DNA of 64,000 nucleotides from Alphaproteobacteria bacterium (GTDB lineage Bacteria > Pseudomonadota > Alphaproteobacteria > MPNO01): assembly GCA_965248835.1 (NCBI GenBank), contig CBDFLJ010000002.1, forward strand, positions 96,001 to 160,000, read 5' to 3'. Within the stretch, counting starts at the first letter, position 1. Every line of letters starts with the position of its first letter. This document shows positions 9,919 through 18,659 of this stretch, piece by piece. The notes beneath the pieces were generated by a model. It ran no database searches, was not told where the DNA came from, and saw only the letters and a list, made by a program, of their open reading frames with translations. The position numbers and the translations under genes are program-made.

Positions 9919-11724
9919 TCATAGCGGTGGGTTTGCGGCGTCCTGAACAAGAACCTTCGCGCGGGGCGGCGCCTCGCGAAATGCCCCGGCGATATATTTC
10001 TCCTTGACCTTCGCGCGGCTCAGCTTGCCCGAGGATGTCATGACCAGGCTGCGCGGAGGTGCCAGCACGACACGGCTCGAAACCCCGGCTTCCGAATGGA
10101 TGGTTGCCGCGATCTCGCGGACCAGATCCTCGCGTGCCGAACGGTCCTTGAGCCGGCACTCCACGAGGGTAACGATAATCGGATCGTTCTGGGTGCCGTC
10201 CACCGAGAACGCGGCAACGGTGCCGTCGCGCACCTCCGGCAACCTCTCCACTGCCCACTCGATGTCCTGCGGCCAGATGTTGCGACCGTTCCAAAGTATC
10301 AGGTCCTTGCTGCGGCCGGTAATCAGGACGTCCCCGTCGATGGTGTAGCCGAGGTCGCCGGTATCGAGCCAACCGTCGGAATCGAAGACCTCCGCCGTGG
10401 TCTCGGGGTCGCGAAAATAGCCGGCCGACACGCTCGGGCCCTTGACGAAGATCCTGCCGACCTTGCGGTCGCCGAGCGGGCGTCCCTTTCCGTCGCGCAG
10501 CTCGATGTCGTGGCCGGGCAGGGAGCCGCCGCAATTGACGAAAGTCCGGCGGTGTTGGGGCGGCGTGTCGCGGGTGGCCGGGACGGCTTCGCCGGACCGG
10601 CTGTAGCGGCGCATGTCGATCGTGTCGGTCTGGTAGAGCTTGTCCGTCCGGGCAAAGGTGACCGCGAGCGTCGCCTCGGCAAGGCCGTAGCTCGGCGTGA
10701 AGGCGTCCGTGCGGAACCCGCTGGCCCTGAACGCCGTGCCGAAACGCTCGAGCACGTCCGCACGGACGATGTCGCCGCCGACTCCCGCGATCCGCCACTG
10801 CGAAAGGTCGTAGCTGGCGGCCATGCGATTGACCGCCCGCCGTCGGCACAGGTCGTAGCCGAAGGAAGGGCTGAAGCTTATGCTGGCGCGGTTTCGGGAC
10901 ATGACATCGAGCCACAGCAGCGGCCGACGCGCGAAATGCGCCGTCTCGATGTAGTCGACCGAGAGCTGACACATCATCGGTGTCAGCATGAACCCGACCA
11001 AGCCCATGTCGTGATAGAGCGGCAGCCAGGAGCCACAGCGGTCGCCGGAGACGATCGCGGTGCCGTGCTGGATGATCGCGCTGCAGTTGCTGACGACCGC
11101 GCGCTGGGTGCTGACCACGCCCTTGGGCGCGGTCGTGCTGCCGGACGAGTACTGGATATAGCAGATCTCGTCGCTGCCCAGCGGCGTCGGCGGCGTCGTG
11201 TCGCGCGGCAGGGCCCTGATGGACTCGTAAGAGTACGTCAGCACGTCCGGCAGGTCCGCTGTCGCCTCGACGGCGAACGCCAGCAGATCCTCCGACGCAA
11301 TGAGGGCCGAGGCGCGGGCGTTCTGCATCATCCGACGGACCTGTGCCAGGTAGTTCTTCTTGCCGCCGATGCCCATCGGCAACGGCAGTGGCACCGGGAC
11401 GAGCCCGGCGTACTGGCAGGCGTAGAAGGCAATGGGGAAATCGGGCGTCGTCTTACTGATCAGCCCGATGCGCGTCAGACGCGGGAACCGGCGGGCCAAG
11501 CGGGCAGCGAGATCGATCGCCGCATCGCGCAGGTCCGAATAGGGCAGGCTGCTCAGCAGCTCGCCGCCGAGCGCATAGAAGTTGTAGCCGGTTCGTCCGC
11601 GCGCGGCATATTCCAGACCGGCGACAAGCCCATCGAAATCGCCGCCGCGCAAGGCAATCGGATCGTTGTTTGTCGGTGTCGGTTGGATGTTATTGCCTCC
11701 ACTCTGCGTCACGCCGTCAGGCAC
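9919..11724 (-). CDS. Fatty acyl-AMP ligase (FAAL) / acyl-ACP synthetase
   Basis: YIQYSSGSTTAPKG, WLPLYHDMGL, SYGLAEATL, FAAL-type insertion (DTIDMRRYSRSGEAVP), LDTGDLG, TSSGKLSR. Confidence 0.85.
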   Translation of the reverse strand: MPDGVTQSGGNNIQPTPTNNDPIALRGGDFDGLVAGLEYAARGRTGYNFYALGGELLSSLPYSDLRDAAIDLAARLARRFPRLTRIGLISKTTPDFPIAFYACQYAGLVPVPLPLPMGIGGKKNYLAQVRRMMQNARASALIASEDLLAFAVEATADLPDVLTYSYESIRALPRDTTPPTPLGSDEICYIQYSSGSTTAPKGVVSTQRAVVSNCSAIIQHGTAIVSGDRCGSWLPLYHDMGLVGFMLTPMMCQLSVDYIETAHFARRPLLWLDVMSRNRASISFSPSFGYDLCRRRAVNRMAASYDLSQWRIAGVGGDIVRADVLERFGTAFRASGFRTDAFTPSYGLAEATLAVTFARTDKLYQTDTIDMRRYSRSGEAVPATRDTPPQHRRTFVNCGGSLPGHDIELRDGKGRPLGDRKVGRIFVKGPSVSAGYFRDPETTAEVFDSDGWLDTGDLGYTIDGDVLITGRSKDLILWNGRNIWPQDIEWAVERLPEVRDGTVAAFSVDGTQNDPIIVTLVECRLKDRSAREDLVREIAATIHSEAGVSSRVVLAPPRSLVMTSSGKLSRAKVKEKYIAGAFREAPPRAKVLVQDAANPPL

Positions 11725-12574
11725 GCGACCGCGGTTGCACTAGCCGCTGGGTATGCGGTGCAAACGTCCCCCCGCGGCCATCCAAAGAACACTGCCGGGC
11801 CGAACCGACCTCCGGTCCGGACCGCGAAGCGGGCGCCGCCGCGCCGGCAAGCAGACTGCCCAGGCGCGGTGTCGCGCAGCCCAACCATGAGTGCCACGGA
11901 ACCGCCCCGACGATTCCGCGGACCCTGCCGCGATGCTTACGCCGCGACGGAAAGCCGGCGATTTTCCCCGAAGGGGAGGGCCGGCCTCCCTACCGGCAAC
12001 CAGCGCCCCCCGTTTCGATCCCGCGGTCCAGATCAGAGCCAAGATGGACCCACGACATCCCATCCTCCAAACCTCGCCTGTTCGGGTGGCACCCCGAAGA
12101 TGACTAACCCTGAAAGTGCTGGCGCTGCCCCCACCCGGTTACGGGCATCGGGAACGCCGTCGGTTATTCTTGCCCGGGCATTGTCTAACGCGGTCCATGG
12201 GGATATTTCCAGCACAATCGTGACCGGATTTCATAATAATTTCACGCCCCCGAACCATGTTCCCTTAGTGTTCTAAGAGATCTCATCGACCGCTCAAACG
12301 CGCCGAGGAGCAACGGAAGGTGACCGGCAGCGCGGATGGGACCGGCGGCCGATCGAGAATCGCGGCAGGCGGTCGCGCAGAGCGCGCATGGTCGAACCGG
12401 ATCGAGGCGGTCCGATTGGACCATGCTCCAAGTCTCGCAAATCAATCGATCAGGGGATGGCGGTGGGAACGAAACCGGGTTCGAACCGTCTCCAATTGGG
12501 CGGTTGCCCAGTCGGAGATGGTTTGTGATCACGGGCGCATGGCGACCGAAACCCCAATCAAACTTGCCATTGCA

Positions 12575-12655
12575 GGACCCGACAAGCCGAGGAGTTCGAC
12601 GCCGGAGTACCGGCTAACGGAGAAAGGGCGGGTCGCCATCACGCTCATCGCGTAA
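12575..12655 (+). pseudogene. C-terminal remnant of a Fic/RecG-type winged-helix domain
   Basis: PDKPRSSTPEYRLTEKGR resembles the recalled PDKPxSxxQxYRLTxKG motif; the upstream frame does not look protein-like. Confidence 0.45.
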
Positions 12656-12700
12656 TTGGGCTCGGGGTCCATTTTCCCGAAAAATGGACCCCGAGCCCAA
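12656..12700. repeat. Perfect 20-bp inverted repeat with 5-nt loop
   Basis: TTGGGCTCGGGGTCCATTTT-CCCGA-AAAATGGACCCCGAGCCCAA read directly. Confidence 0.95.
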
Positions 12701-12821
12701 CTACCGATGGCCTCCCTTAGGGCTGGCCAATTCCACGTTGAAAATCAACGGCTTGGTCCATGGTGTGGGCGGCGAACCGCCCATTGATTCCATTCACCTT
12801 TTCCGATGGCCGCCCACACCT

Positions 12822-13007
12822 ATTTCGGGCTGGTTTGGCCCCAGCGCGGTGTACGGCATCACGGTGGCGACCGAGGCGATCGCCCGCGCGATGGGTGAAC
12901 GGACCCGGCCCGAGCCCGTTCATCGCTACGAGCTGGAGCCGCCGGCGCAGGTCGAAATCGGGCAACCCGTCCATGTCCATTTTCACGACGACGAGCTCGA
13001 GGGCTGA
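12822..13007 (+). pseudogene. 3' half of a phage-type hypothetical gene
   Basis: FGPSAVYGITVATEAIARAMG...PVHRYEL resembles the C-terminus of a common small phage protein (recall). The ORF-track start at 12684 lies inside the hairpin. Confidence 0.45.
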
Positions 13008-13011
13008 TCCG

Positions 13012-13242
13012 GTGGGCTATTTCGCGAACGGCACCGAAGCCGAGGGCTATCAGGCGCAATGGTGTGCCCGCTGCAAGCACGATGAGGAAGACCCCGGCTG
13101 CATGATCTGGCTGGCACACCTGCTGTGGGCCTACAGCGGCACCGACGAGCAGAAGGAAGTCCTCGACTTGCTGATCCCGCCGACAAAGAGCGGCTTCGGC
13201 AACGAGCAATGCAAGCTGTTCGTCGCCAGGGCCGACGCATGA
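13012..13242 (+). CDS. Small Cys-containing phage-type hypothetical protein
   Basis: GTG start; MGYFANGTEAEGYQAQWCARCKH...C...LIP...GNEQCKLF. ATGA overlap with the next gene. Confidence 0.6.
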   Translation: MGYFANGTEAEGYQAQWCARCKHDEEDPGCMIWLAHLLWAYSGTDEQKEVLDLLIPPTKSGFGNEQCKLFVARADA

Positions 13243-13496
13243 GCCAGCACCTGTGCCATTGGCCGGGCTGCGGGCGGGTCGTGCCGCCGAAACTGTGGGG
13301 CTGCCGCTATCACTGGATGCAGTTGCCCAAGCGCATCCGCGACCGGATCTGGAATGCGTATGTGCCGGGCCAGGAAGTCACCAAGAGGCCCGGCCGGGAT
13401 TACCTGTATGCAGCCCGGGCGGCGCAGGAGTGGATACGCGCGAAGAACAAGACGCCATTCGACGCGTGGCCGGCGGATCTGAGAACGAAGGGCTGA
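13239..13496 (+). CDS. Small phage-type Cys/His (putative Zn-binding) protein
   Basis: MSQHLCHWPGC...LWGCRYHW..LP..RDRIW..YVPGQE; translationally coupled to the preceding gene. Confidence 0.6.
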   Translation: MSQHLCHWPGCGRVVPPKLWGCRYHWMQLPKRIRDRIWNAYVPGQEVTKRPGRDYLYAARAAQEWIRAKNKTPFDAWPADLRTKG

Positions 13497-13516
13497 AGGC
13501 GCTGGTGCTCGAGGTT

Positions 13517-14710
13517 ATGAAGCGCGCTCGCACGAACAGGTTATGGCTGGGTTGTGATTGCCGGAGTGAGGACGGCAGGAGGCCCGTCGTTGCGCCGTGC
13601 GGGAATCATCGAGGGACCGATTACTGGCGGGTTCTGACGGGGAGGCAGGTTCTTCATGGTCGGGACTGTGTGTTTTATCGAGCGCATGTTCGACGCCGGC
13701 ATGAAGAACTGTGGAACCGGCCGGCGAGGAGGGCGCCGGTGGGCTACTTTGCGGTGCTCCGTGAGGGTGCTGAGGACCGGCAAGTCTTGGGTCCGAGCAT
13801 GCGCGGTGGCGTGGAGAGTGTTCGGCGGACAGTCCGCCGGCCGGCGCTTTCGCAGCTGTTATTGATGTTGATGGAGAAGGCCAACCTCAACCTCATCCGG
13901 TCGGTGGATGGATTTAAGCCGGCGAGTGATTGGCGGGAAGATATTCGGGAGATCATGAACGGTCTCGAGATTGCTCCCGCTCGCCTGCTGTCGGATCTAT
14001 GGTTCGATTATATCCGAATGTGGAGCGGCAATTTGGTCCATGCGAGGGTCCGCGCCGCGGCGAGAGATTGGCCGGCCGGGCATAAGCCGCAAGGGTTCGC
14101 TTGTTGGGTCGTTAGGGAAGTGGATGAATTCGGGGTTGGTACAGTCTCGAAAAATAATCGGGTCGAAGTTCTGTCCGGGGTTGGGTGCCCCGTTATCGGC
14201 CACAACCGGGTCGGCGGGCCGTATTTGTTTTTGGGTGGGGTGGGGCTTCCGACGCGGCAAAGCGGCTACGAGTGTCTCGAAGGCTATGCGCAACCGATAG
14301 TGGCGTGGGATTGCCCGGTGCCGGTGGATTCCGGGCAAGAGCGGCGGGCGTTCGGGACGCTGAGGGCTACGCAGCGGATCCTGAACGCGGCGTTCCCGGA
14401 CGCCGCTTTCGAGCTCAAGAAGCCAGTGTTCGAAATAGATACTGCGGAGGGGCCATGTCTCCCGGACTTCGTCATCGGGGCTCGGCGTGGCGAGGACGCG
14501 CTGCAATTCGTGGTCGAGGTGATGGGGTTTGATCGTGTCGCGTATCTGCTGGGTAAAGAGGTGACGCACCCTCGGATGAGGACCTTTGGGACGTTGTGTA
14601 CGATGCAGGCGAGTGAGTTCGACCGCGTCTCGGGGGAGGGAGTGAAATCAGAGGGGCGCAAGGTGACGGAGACGATCCGCCGTGTGCTCAGGGATAGATG
14701 GGGATCTTGA
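13517..14710 (+). CDS. DUF1173-like protein with Cys/His cluster and C-terminal PD-(D/E)XK-like motif; probably 5'-truncated
   Basis: WLGCDC...H...CVF at the N-terminus; PVDS..ER, LPDFVI...VVEVMGF...Y..GK at the C-terminus. G/T-rich codon style differs from the host genes. Confidence 0.5.
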   Translation: MKRARTNRLWLGCDCRSEDGRRPVVAPCGNHRGTDYWRVLTGRQVLHGRDCVFYRAHVRRRHEELWNRPARRAPVGYFAVLREGAEDRQVLGPSMRGGVESVRRTVRRPALSQLLLMLMEKANLNLIRSVDGFKPASDWREDIREIMNGLEIAPARLLSDLWFDYIRMWSGNLVHARVRAAARDWPAGHKPQGFACWVVREVDEFGVGTVSKNNRVEVLSGVGCPVIGHNRVGGPYLFLGGVGLPTRQSGYECLEGYAQPIVAWDCPVPVDSGQERRAFGTLRATQRILNAAFPDAAFELKKPVFEIDTAEGPCLPDFVIGARRGEDALQFVVEVMGFDRVAYLLGKEVTHPRMRTFGTLCTMQASEFDRVSGEGVKSEGRKVTETIRRVLRDRWGS

Positions 14711-14928
14711 AGCTATAGTGGGCGGCAGGCGACACCTTGGGCGTATTTAACTGATTATCGGTCCCGCCCTCGCCGCCCTCGCCGTCTGCGCTGCGAGCAC
14801 CAAGGCGGGGGAGGGGCTGAGCATGAACCTGAGGTTTCTACGGAAGCGAGTTGCATGTCGAGAGGTTTCGAGTCATGCTCGATGGGCTGCGAGGTGGCAC
14901 ATGGAAGTCTCAGTATAGGATGGGAGAT

Positions 14929-15305
14929 ATGGCAATGAAATATCTGCCATTGTGGTTGATCGGTTTTTGTTTGTTTTTGTGTTCAGGAACTATAACAGCT
15001 GCGGAGAAGCTACGCCATCTGAAGTAAAACAATTGTTGGACGACAGAACAATCAGCGGTGCCACTGCGATCAGCGGCGTTGGGTTCACTTTGAACTTCGC
15101 GGCCGATGGGAATGTTTCGATTGATACGGATAATTATGGTTCTGACAGAGGAAAATGGCGAGTTGATAAGGACGCGAACTTCTGTATCAAGTATCAACGT
15201 TTTCTCGATCAATTAGAAAATTGTTTTACGTTGGCAATACGGGATGGTCAGCCCGTGTCTTTTAGAGCGGACAATGGAGCACCAACTTACTGGAGATTCA
15301 AATAA
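14929..15305 (+). pseudogene. Frameshifted AT-rich secreted protein (DUF995-like)
   Basis: ATG 14929 gives a signal peptide MAMKYLPLWLIGFCLFLCSGTITAAEKL and then stops. Another frame continues TPSEVKQLLDDRTISG...GKWRV...FCIKY. One base appears to be missing near 15011. Confidence 0.6.
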
Positions 15306-15435
15306 AAATTGCTCGTTGTGAGATGATTTGAGACAGGATGGTGGTGCCCGCGATATTCATTTGGGGTTGTCGGTGACGGTGACGTCTGAGCCGTGCGATC
15401 GCCGTGGTCACTATCGGGTGGAGAGCTTGGTTAAG

Positions 15436-15504
15436 AGCGGCTTCGACAAGCTTCTGCCGATGCACGAGACCAAGGCGGACGCGCGCGCATCCCTCGGCGG
15501 CTGA
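15436..15504 (+). pseudogene. 3' remnant of a STAS (anti-anti-sigma) gene
   Basis: Translates SGFDKLLPMHETKADARASLGG*, matching the end of the STAS at 43070-43408 (SGFDKILPIHPSRAEALSSLGG*). Confidence 0.7.
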
Positions 15505-15727
15505 TCGGCCGGGGCAAGAACGCCGGGCCGAGCCGCCCCGGGATGTCCGACGGGCGGTTCGCTTCGCGGCCTTTGTAAAGCGTCCCTCCAGGGTCGATCG
15601 ACGGTCCGGTTGTCGCGCGAAGCCCCCGAATTGCGTTTGCGCCTTCGGCTCCTGTGCGCCGGGTTCGAGCGACCGCGTCGGATCGGCGGCCGGACGAGCA
15701 AATCCCCGCTTACGAGAGGCATGAGAG

Positions 15728-16432
15728 ATGGACAGACGGAAAGTAGCGATCGTCACCGCCGGCGGCCGGGGGATGGGCGCCGCGATTGCCCGAGCTCTAG
15801 CCGCGCAGGATCACGCGCTTGTCCTGATGTCGCCCGGCGGGTCCGCCGAGGCGCTGGCCGCAGAGCTCGGTGCGATCGGCGTCAACGGTTCGGTCACCAG
15901 GGCCGGGGACCTCGAAAAGCTGGTCGGCGCGGCGATGGACGCCCATGGCCGGATCGACGCCGTGGCCAACAACACCGGTTTCCCGCCCAAGGGGCCGCTG
16001 CTCGAGATCCCCGACGAGGACTGGCATGACGGCCTCGATATGGTCCTGATGAACGTCATCCGCATGGCCCGGCTGGTGACGCCGATCATGGCCGGGCAGC
16101 GCGGCGGTGCGATCGTCAACATTTCCACCTACGCCGCCGTCGAGCCCAGCCCGGCCTATCCGGTCTCCGCGACCTTCCGGGCGGGGCTCTCCGCGTTCAC
16201 CAAGCTCTATGCCGATCGCTACGCCCCCGACGGCATCCGCATGAACAACATCCTGCCCGGCTTCATCGATACCCACGGCGTCGACGAAGAGGTGGCGGAA
16301 GGCATCCCCGCGCGACGCTACGGAACCCCGGAAGAGGTGGGCGAAACTGCGGCGTTCCTGCTCTCCGAGGGCGCCGGCTACATCACCGGCCAGAACCTCC
16401 GCATCGATGGCGGGCTGACGCGGTCGGTGTAG
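15728..16432 (+). CDS. Short-chain dehydrogenase/reductase (SDR)
   Basis: TAGGRGMG, NNTG, NIST, NNILPG, YITGQNLRIDGG. Confidence 0.9.
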   Translation: MDRRKVAIVTAGGRGMGAAIARALAAQDHALVLMSPGGSAEALAAELGAIGVNGSVTRAGDLEKLVGAAMDAHGRIDAVANNTGFPPKGPLLEIPDEDWHDGLDMVLMNVIRMARLVTPIMAGQRGGAIVNISTYAAVEPSPAYPVSATFRAGLSAFTKLYADRYAPDGIRMNNILPGFIDTHGVDEEVAEGIPARRYGTPEEVGETAAFLLSEGAGYITGQNLRIDGGLTRSV

Positions 16433-16445
16433 CCCGCCGCTTTCC

Positions 16446-16819
16446 TCACGGGTGCAACGAGATACAGATCGCCTCTTCGCCGGGTATCTCGCCGTCGAGC
16501 ATCCGGATGGCGCGGTTTGCGTTCTCTAGCATTTCGTGGGTGTGCAACGGCGCGAGGCGTTCGAGGTTCCGCGCCAGCAGGTCGATGCCGGCGCGATACA
16601 TGTCCGCGCCCTGGGTGAACACCCCCTTCATGGTGATTTCCTTGTAAACCATGCGGTCGGTATCCAGGGTCGCCATGTTGGTGCCGCCCTTGACCCCCGC
16701 GGCGACGACGGTGTCGCCCGACCGCACGACCTCGATGGCGTGGCCGATAACCCCGGTGTCGGCCGGGACCACGTCCATGGCAATATCGACGCCGCTTCCG
16801 CCGGTGATCTCCATGACCC
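16446..16819 (-). pseudogene. C-terminal fragment of a medium-chain (Zn-binding) alcohol dehydrogenase, truncated by IS3
   Basis: EITGGSGVDIAMD...VYKEITMKG is the distal Rossmann part of MDR enzymes. The frame abuts the IS end at 16820. Confidence 0.7.
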
Positions 16820-16835
16820 TGACCTTCTCCCGACA

Positions 16836-17763
16836 TTAGGGCCAGGTCGGCTGAGAGTGTTTCGTGTCGATCATAGCGCTCAAGGGCAGCTGAGTGGAGC
16901 CGTTGCGGAGCTCATGCGAAGCTGCCCGTGTTGCCAGATAGGCGGCCGGCGTCTGATAGCCGAGCGCCGAATGCGGCCTGGCGGTGTTGTGGTGCACGCG
17001 CCAGGCCTCGATCACCGACCGGGCATGGGCCAGGCTGGTGAACCATTCCTCGTTCAGGCATTGATCGCGGAACCTTCCATTGAAACTCTCCACGAACGCG
17101 TTCTGCACCGGCTTGCCGGGCTCGATGAAGTGAAGGCCGACGCCGGTGCGCCGGGACCACTCGAACATCGCCCGGGAAGTCAGCTCCGGACCGTTGTCCA
17201 TGACCAGCGTCTCGGGCAGGCCACGGCGGGCGGCCATATCCTCGAGGAAGCGGACCAGCCGCGCCCCGGAGATCGACACGTCGACGATCTGGCCCGGGCA
17301 TTCTCGGCTGTGGTCGTCGACGATGTTGAGGATGCGGAACCGCCGGCCCGAGGCGAGCTGGTCGGAGACAAAGTCCACCGACCAGCGCTGCATCGGCCGC
17401 TGCGGCACAGCCAGCGGCATGCGATCACGGCGTGGCAGCCGCCGGCGTACGCGACGGCGCACCTGCAGGCCTTCCTCGCGGTAGAGCCTGTCGGTCCGCT
17501 TGGCATTCACCACCAGGCCCTCACCGGCCAGCAGCACATGCAGGCGCAAGTAGCCATAGCGCCGATAGCGCGCCGCCAGATCCTTCATGCGAACACGCAG
17601 AACCTCGTCCTGCTTGGGCGTCGGGCGATACTGCGCCACCGAACGCGACAGGCCGACCACGCGACAGGCCGACCACGCGGCAGGCCCGCCGCTGGCTGTA
17701 GCTGCGCCGTTCCATCAGATAGCCCACGGCGTCCCGCCGCGCCGCGGGCTTCACCAGTTTTTT
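16836..17763 (-). pseudogene. IS3 transposase OrfB (DDE), frameshifted by a 16-bp tandem duplication
   Basis: [29 protein letters not shown]. The duplication ACGCGACAGGCCGACC x2 at 17643-17674 breaks the frame after ACRVVGLSR. Confidence 0.85.
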
Positions 17764-18017
17764 GATAGCAGATCCTTCAGCGAGGCGTTGTCCAAGTGCG
17801 CTTCCGCCAGAAGACGCTTCAGTTTGGCGTTCTCCGATTCCAGATCCTTCAGGCGCCGCGCTTCGGACACGCCCATGCCGCCGTACTTCGACTTCCAGCG
17901 ATAGAAGGTCTGCTCCGAGATCCCATGACGACGGCACAGATCCCGCGCCGTCCCGCCGGCCTCATGCTCCCGAAGCACACCGATGATCTGTTCGTCCGTA
18001 AACCGATTCCGCTTCAT
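17751..18017 (-). CDS. IS3 transposase OrfA
   Basis: MKRNRFTDEQIIGVLREHEAG...CRRHGISEQTFYRWKSKYGGM HTH plus leucine zipper. Confidence 0.9.
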   Translation of the reverse strand: MKRNRFTDEQIIGVLREHEAGGTARDLCRRHGISEQTFYRWKSKYGGMGVSEARRLKDLESENAKLKRLLAEAHLDNASLKDLLSKNW

Positions 18018-18408
18018 GTCGAGTTCTCCCTTCAAAAGTCTCCTCCGGAAAACTCTCTTCCGCTATGGCCCGGATCACGGGGGGAAGGTCAAGCGCACTC
18101 TCATTGCCGTATCGAGAGATCAAAGAAACTCAATGAATTCAGTGCTCGGGTTGGATGCCGGTCTCGCCCGTTCGGGCGAACGAAATTCCAACTCCGGGAA
18201 TTCCAAATCCCGCTAACCCATTGAAATTTCTACGGTCTGAAAAGCCGTACAGAATTGGCGCAGTCAACAGTCGCGGAGAATATCGGCGGAGAGAGCGGAT
18301 TCGGCCCGAATCGCGGGACCGGCGGTCAACGGTTGTCGGCTGAAACCCGCGCGAATACTGAGCTTTTTGCGTTGCCCGAAGCGAACAGAGAAAGTTGGGC
18401 GTGGGGCT

Positions 18409-18497
18409 TGGCGGAGGGGGTGGGATTCGAACCCACGGTACGCAAAGCGTACAACGGTTTTCGAGACCGCCCCGTTCGACCACTCCGGCACCCCTCC
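18409..18497 (-). tRNA. tRNA-Ser(CGA)
   Basis: The reverse complement folds with a GGAGGGG/CCCCTCC acceptor stem, anticodon arm GCGGT-CTCGAAA-ACCGT, long variable arm, GGTTCGAATCC T-loop and encoded CCA. Confidence 0.97.
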
Positions 18498-18605
18498 GCT
18501 GACGCGGCTCGACCCCGCGCGGCGGCGCGGACCCTAGCGCATCCTTGGGGCGGGCCGCAACCGCGTCGCACGGCCGCGAAACGGCGCCGAGTCGGGGGAT
18601 ATCCG

Positions 18606-18633
18606 TTGACTTGCGGGCCGGGCTGGCTATAGT
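18606..18633 (+). promoter_or_regulatory. Sigma70-type promoter of the rplU-rpmA operon
   Basis: TTGACT-N16-TATAGT, ending 26 bp upstream of the rplU ATG. Confidence 0.65.
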
Positions 18634-18659
18634 CGCGGCCTTCGTTTTCGGTTGGATCG

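Larger units (their letters stand above)
16820..18091 (-). mobile_element. IS3-family insertion sequence (IS407-group-like), 1272 bp, probably inactive
   Basis: Imperfect terminal IRs TGACCTTCTCCCG...GGGCCA and TGACCTTCCCCCCG...GGGCCA; orfA/orfB with AAAAAAC slippery site at about 17757-17763; no flanking target duplication. Confidence 0.9.
12458..18408. mobile_element. Decayed mosaic genomic island adjacent to the 3' end of tRNA-Ser(CGA)
   Basis: Contains phage-like fragments, truncated genes, an AT-richer segment and an IS3. Bounded by the tRNA 3' end and a degenerate tRNA-end-like motif at 12458-12487. Boundaries are approximate. Confidence 0.55.

Noticed and set aside
10096-12276. 726-aa plus-strand ORF
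   Set aside because: It is an antisense shadow of the FAAL that extends into intergenic DNA.
11725-12300. Possible ncRNA or riboswitch in the long region upstream of the FAAL
   Set aside because: No recognisable conserved structure; a covariance-model (Rfam) search would be needed.
18139-18632. ORFs overlapping the tRNA
   Set aside because: They are spurious translations of tRNA-Ser and its flanks.
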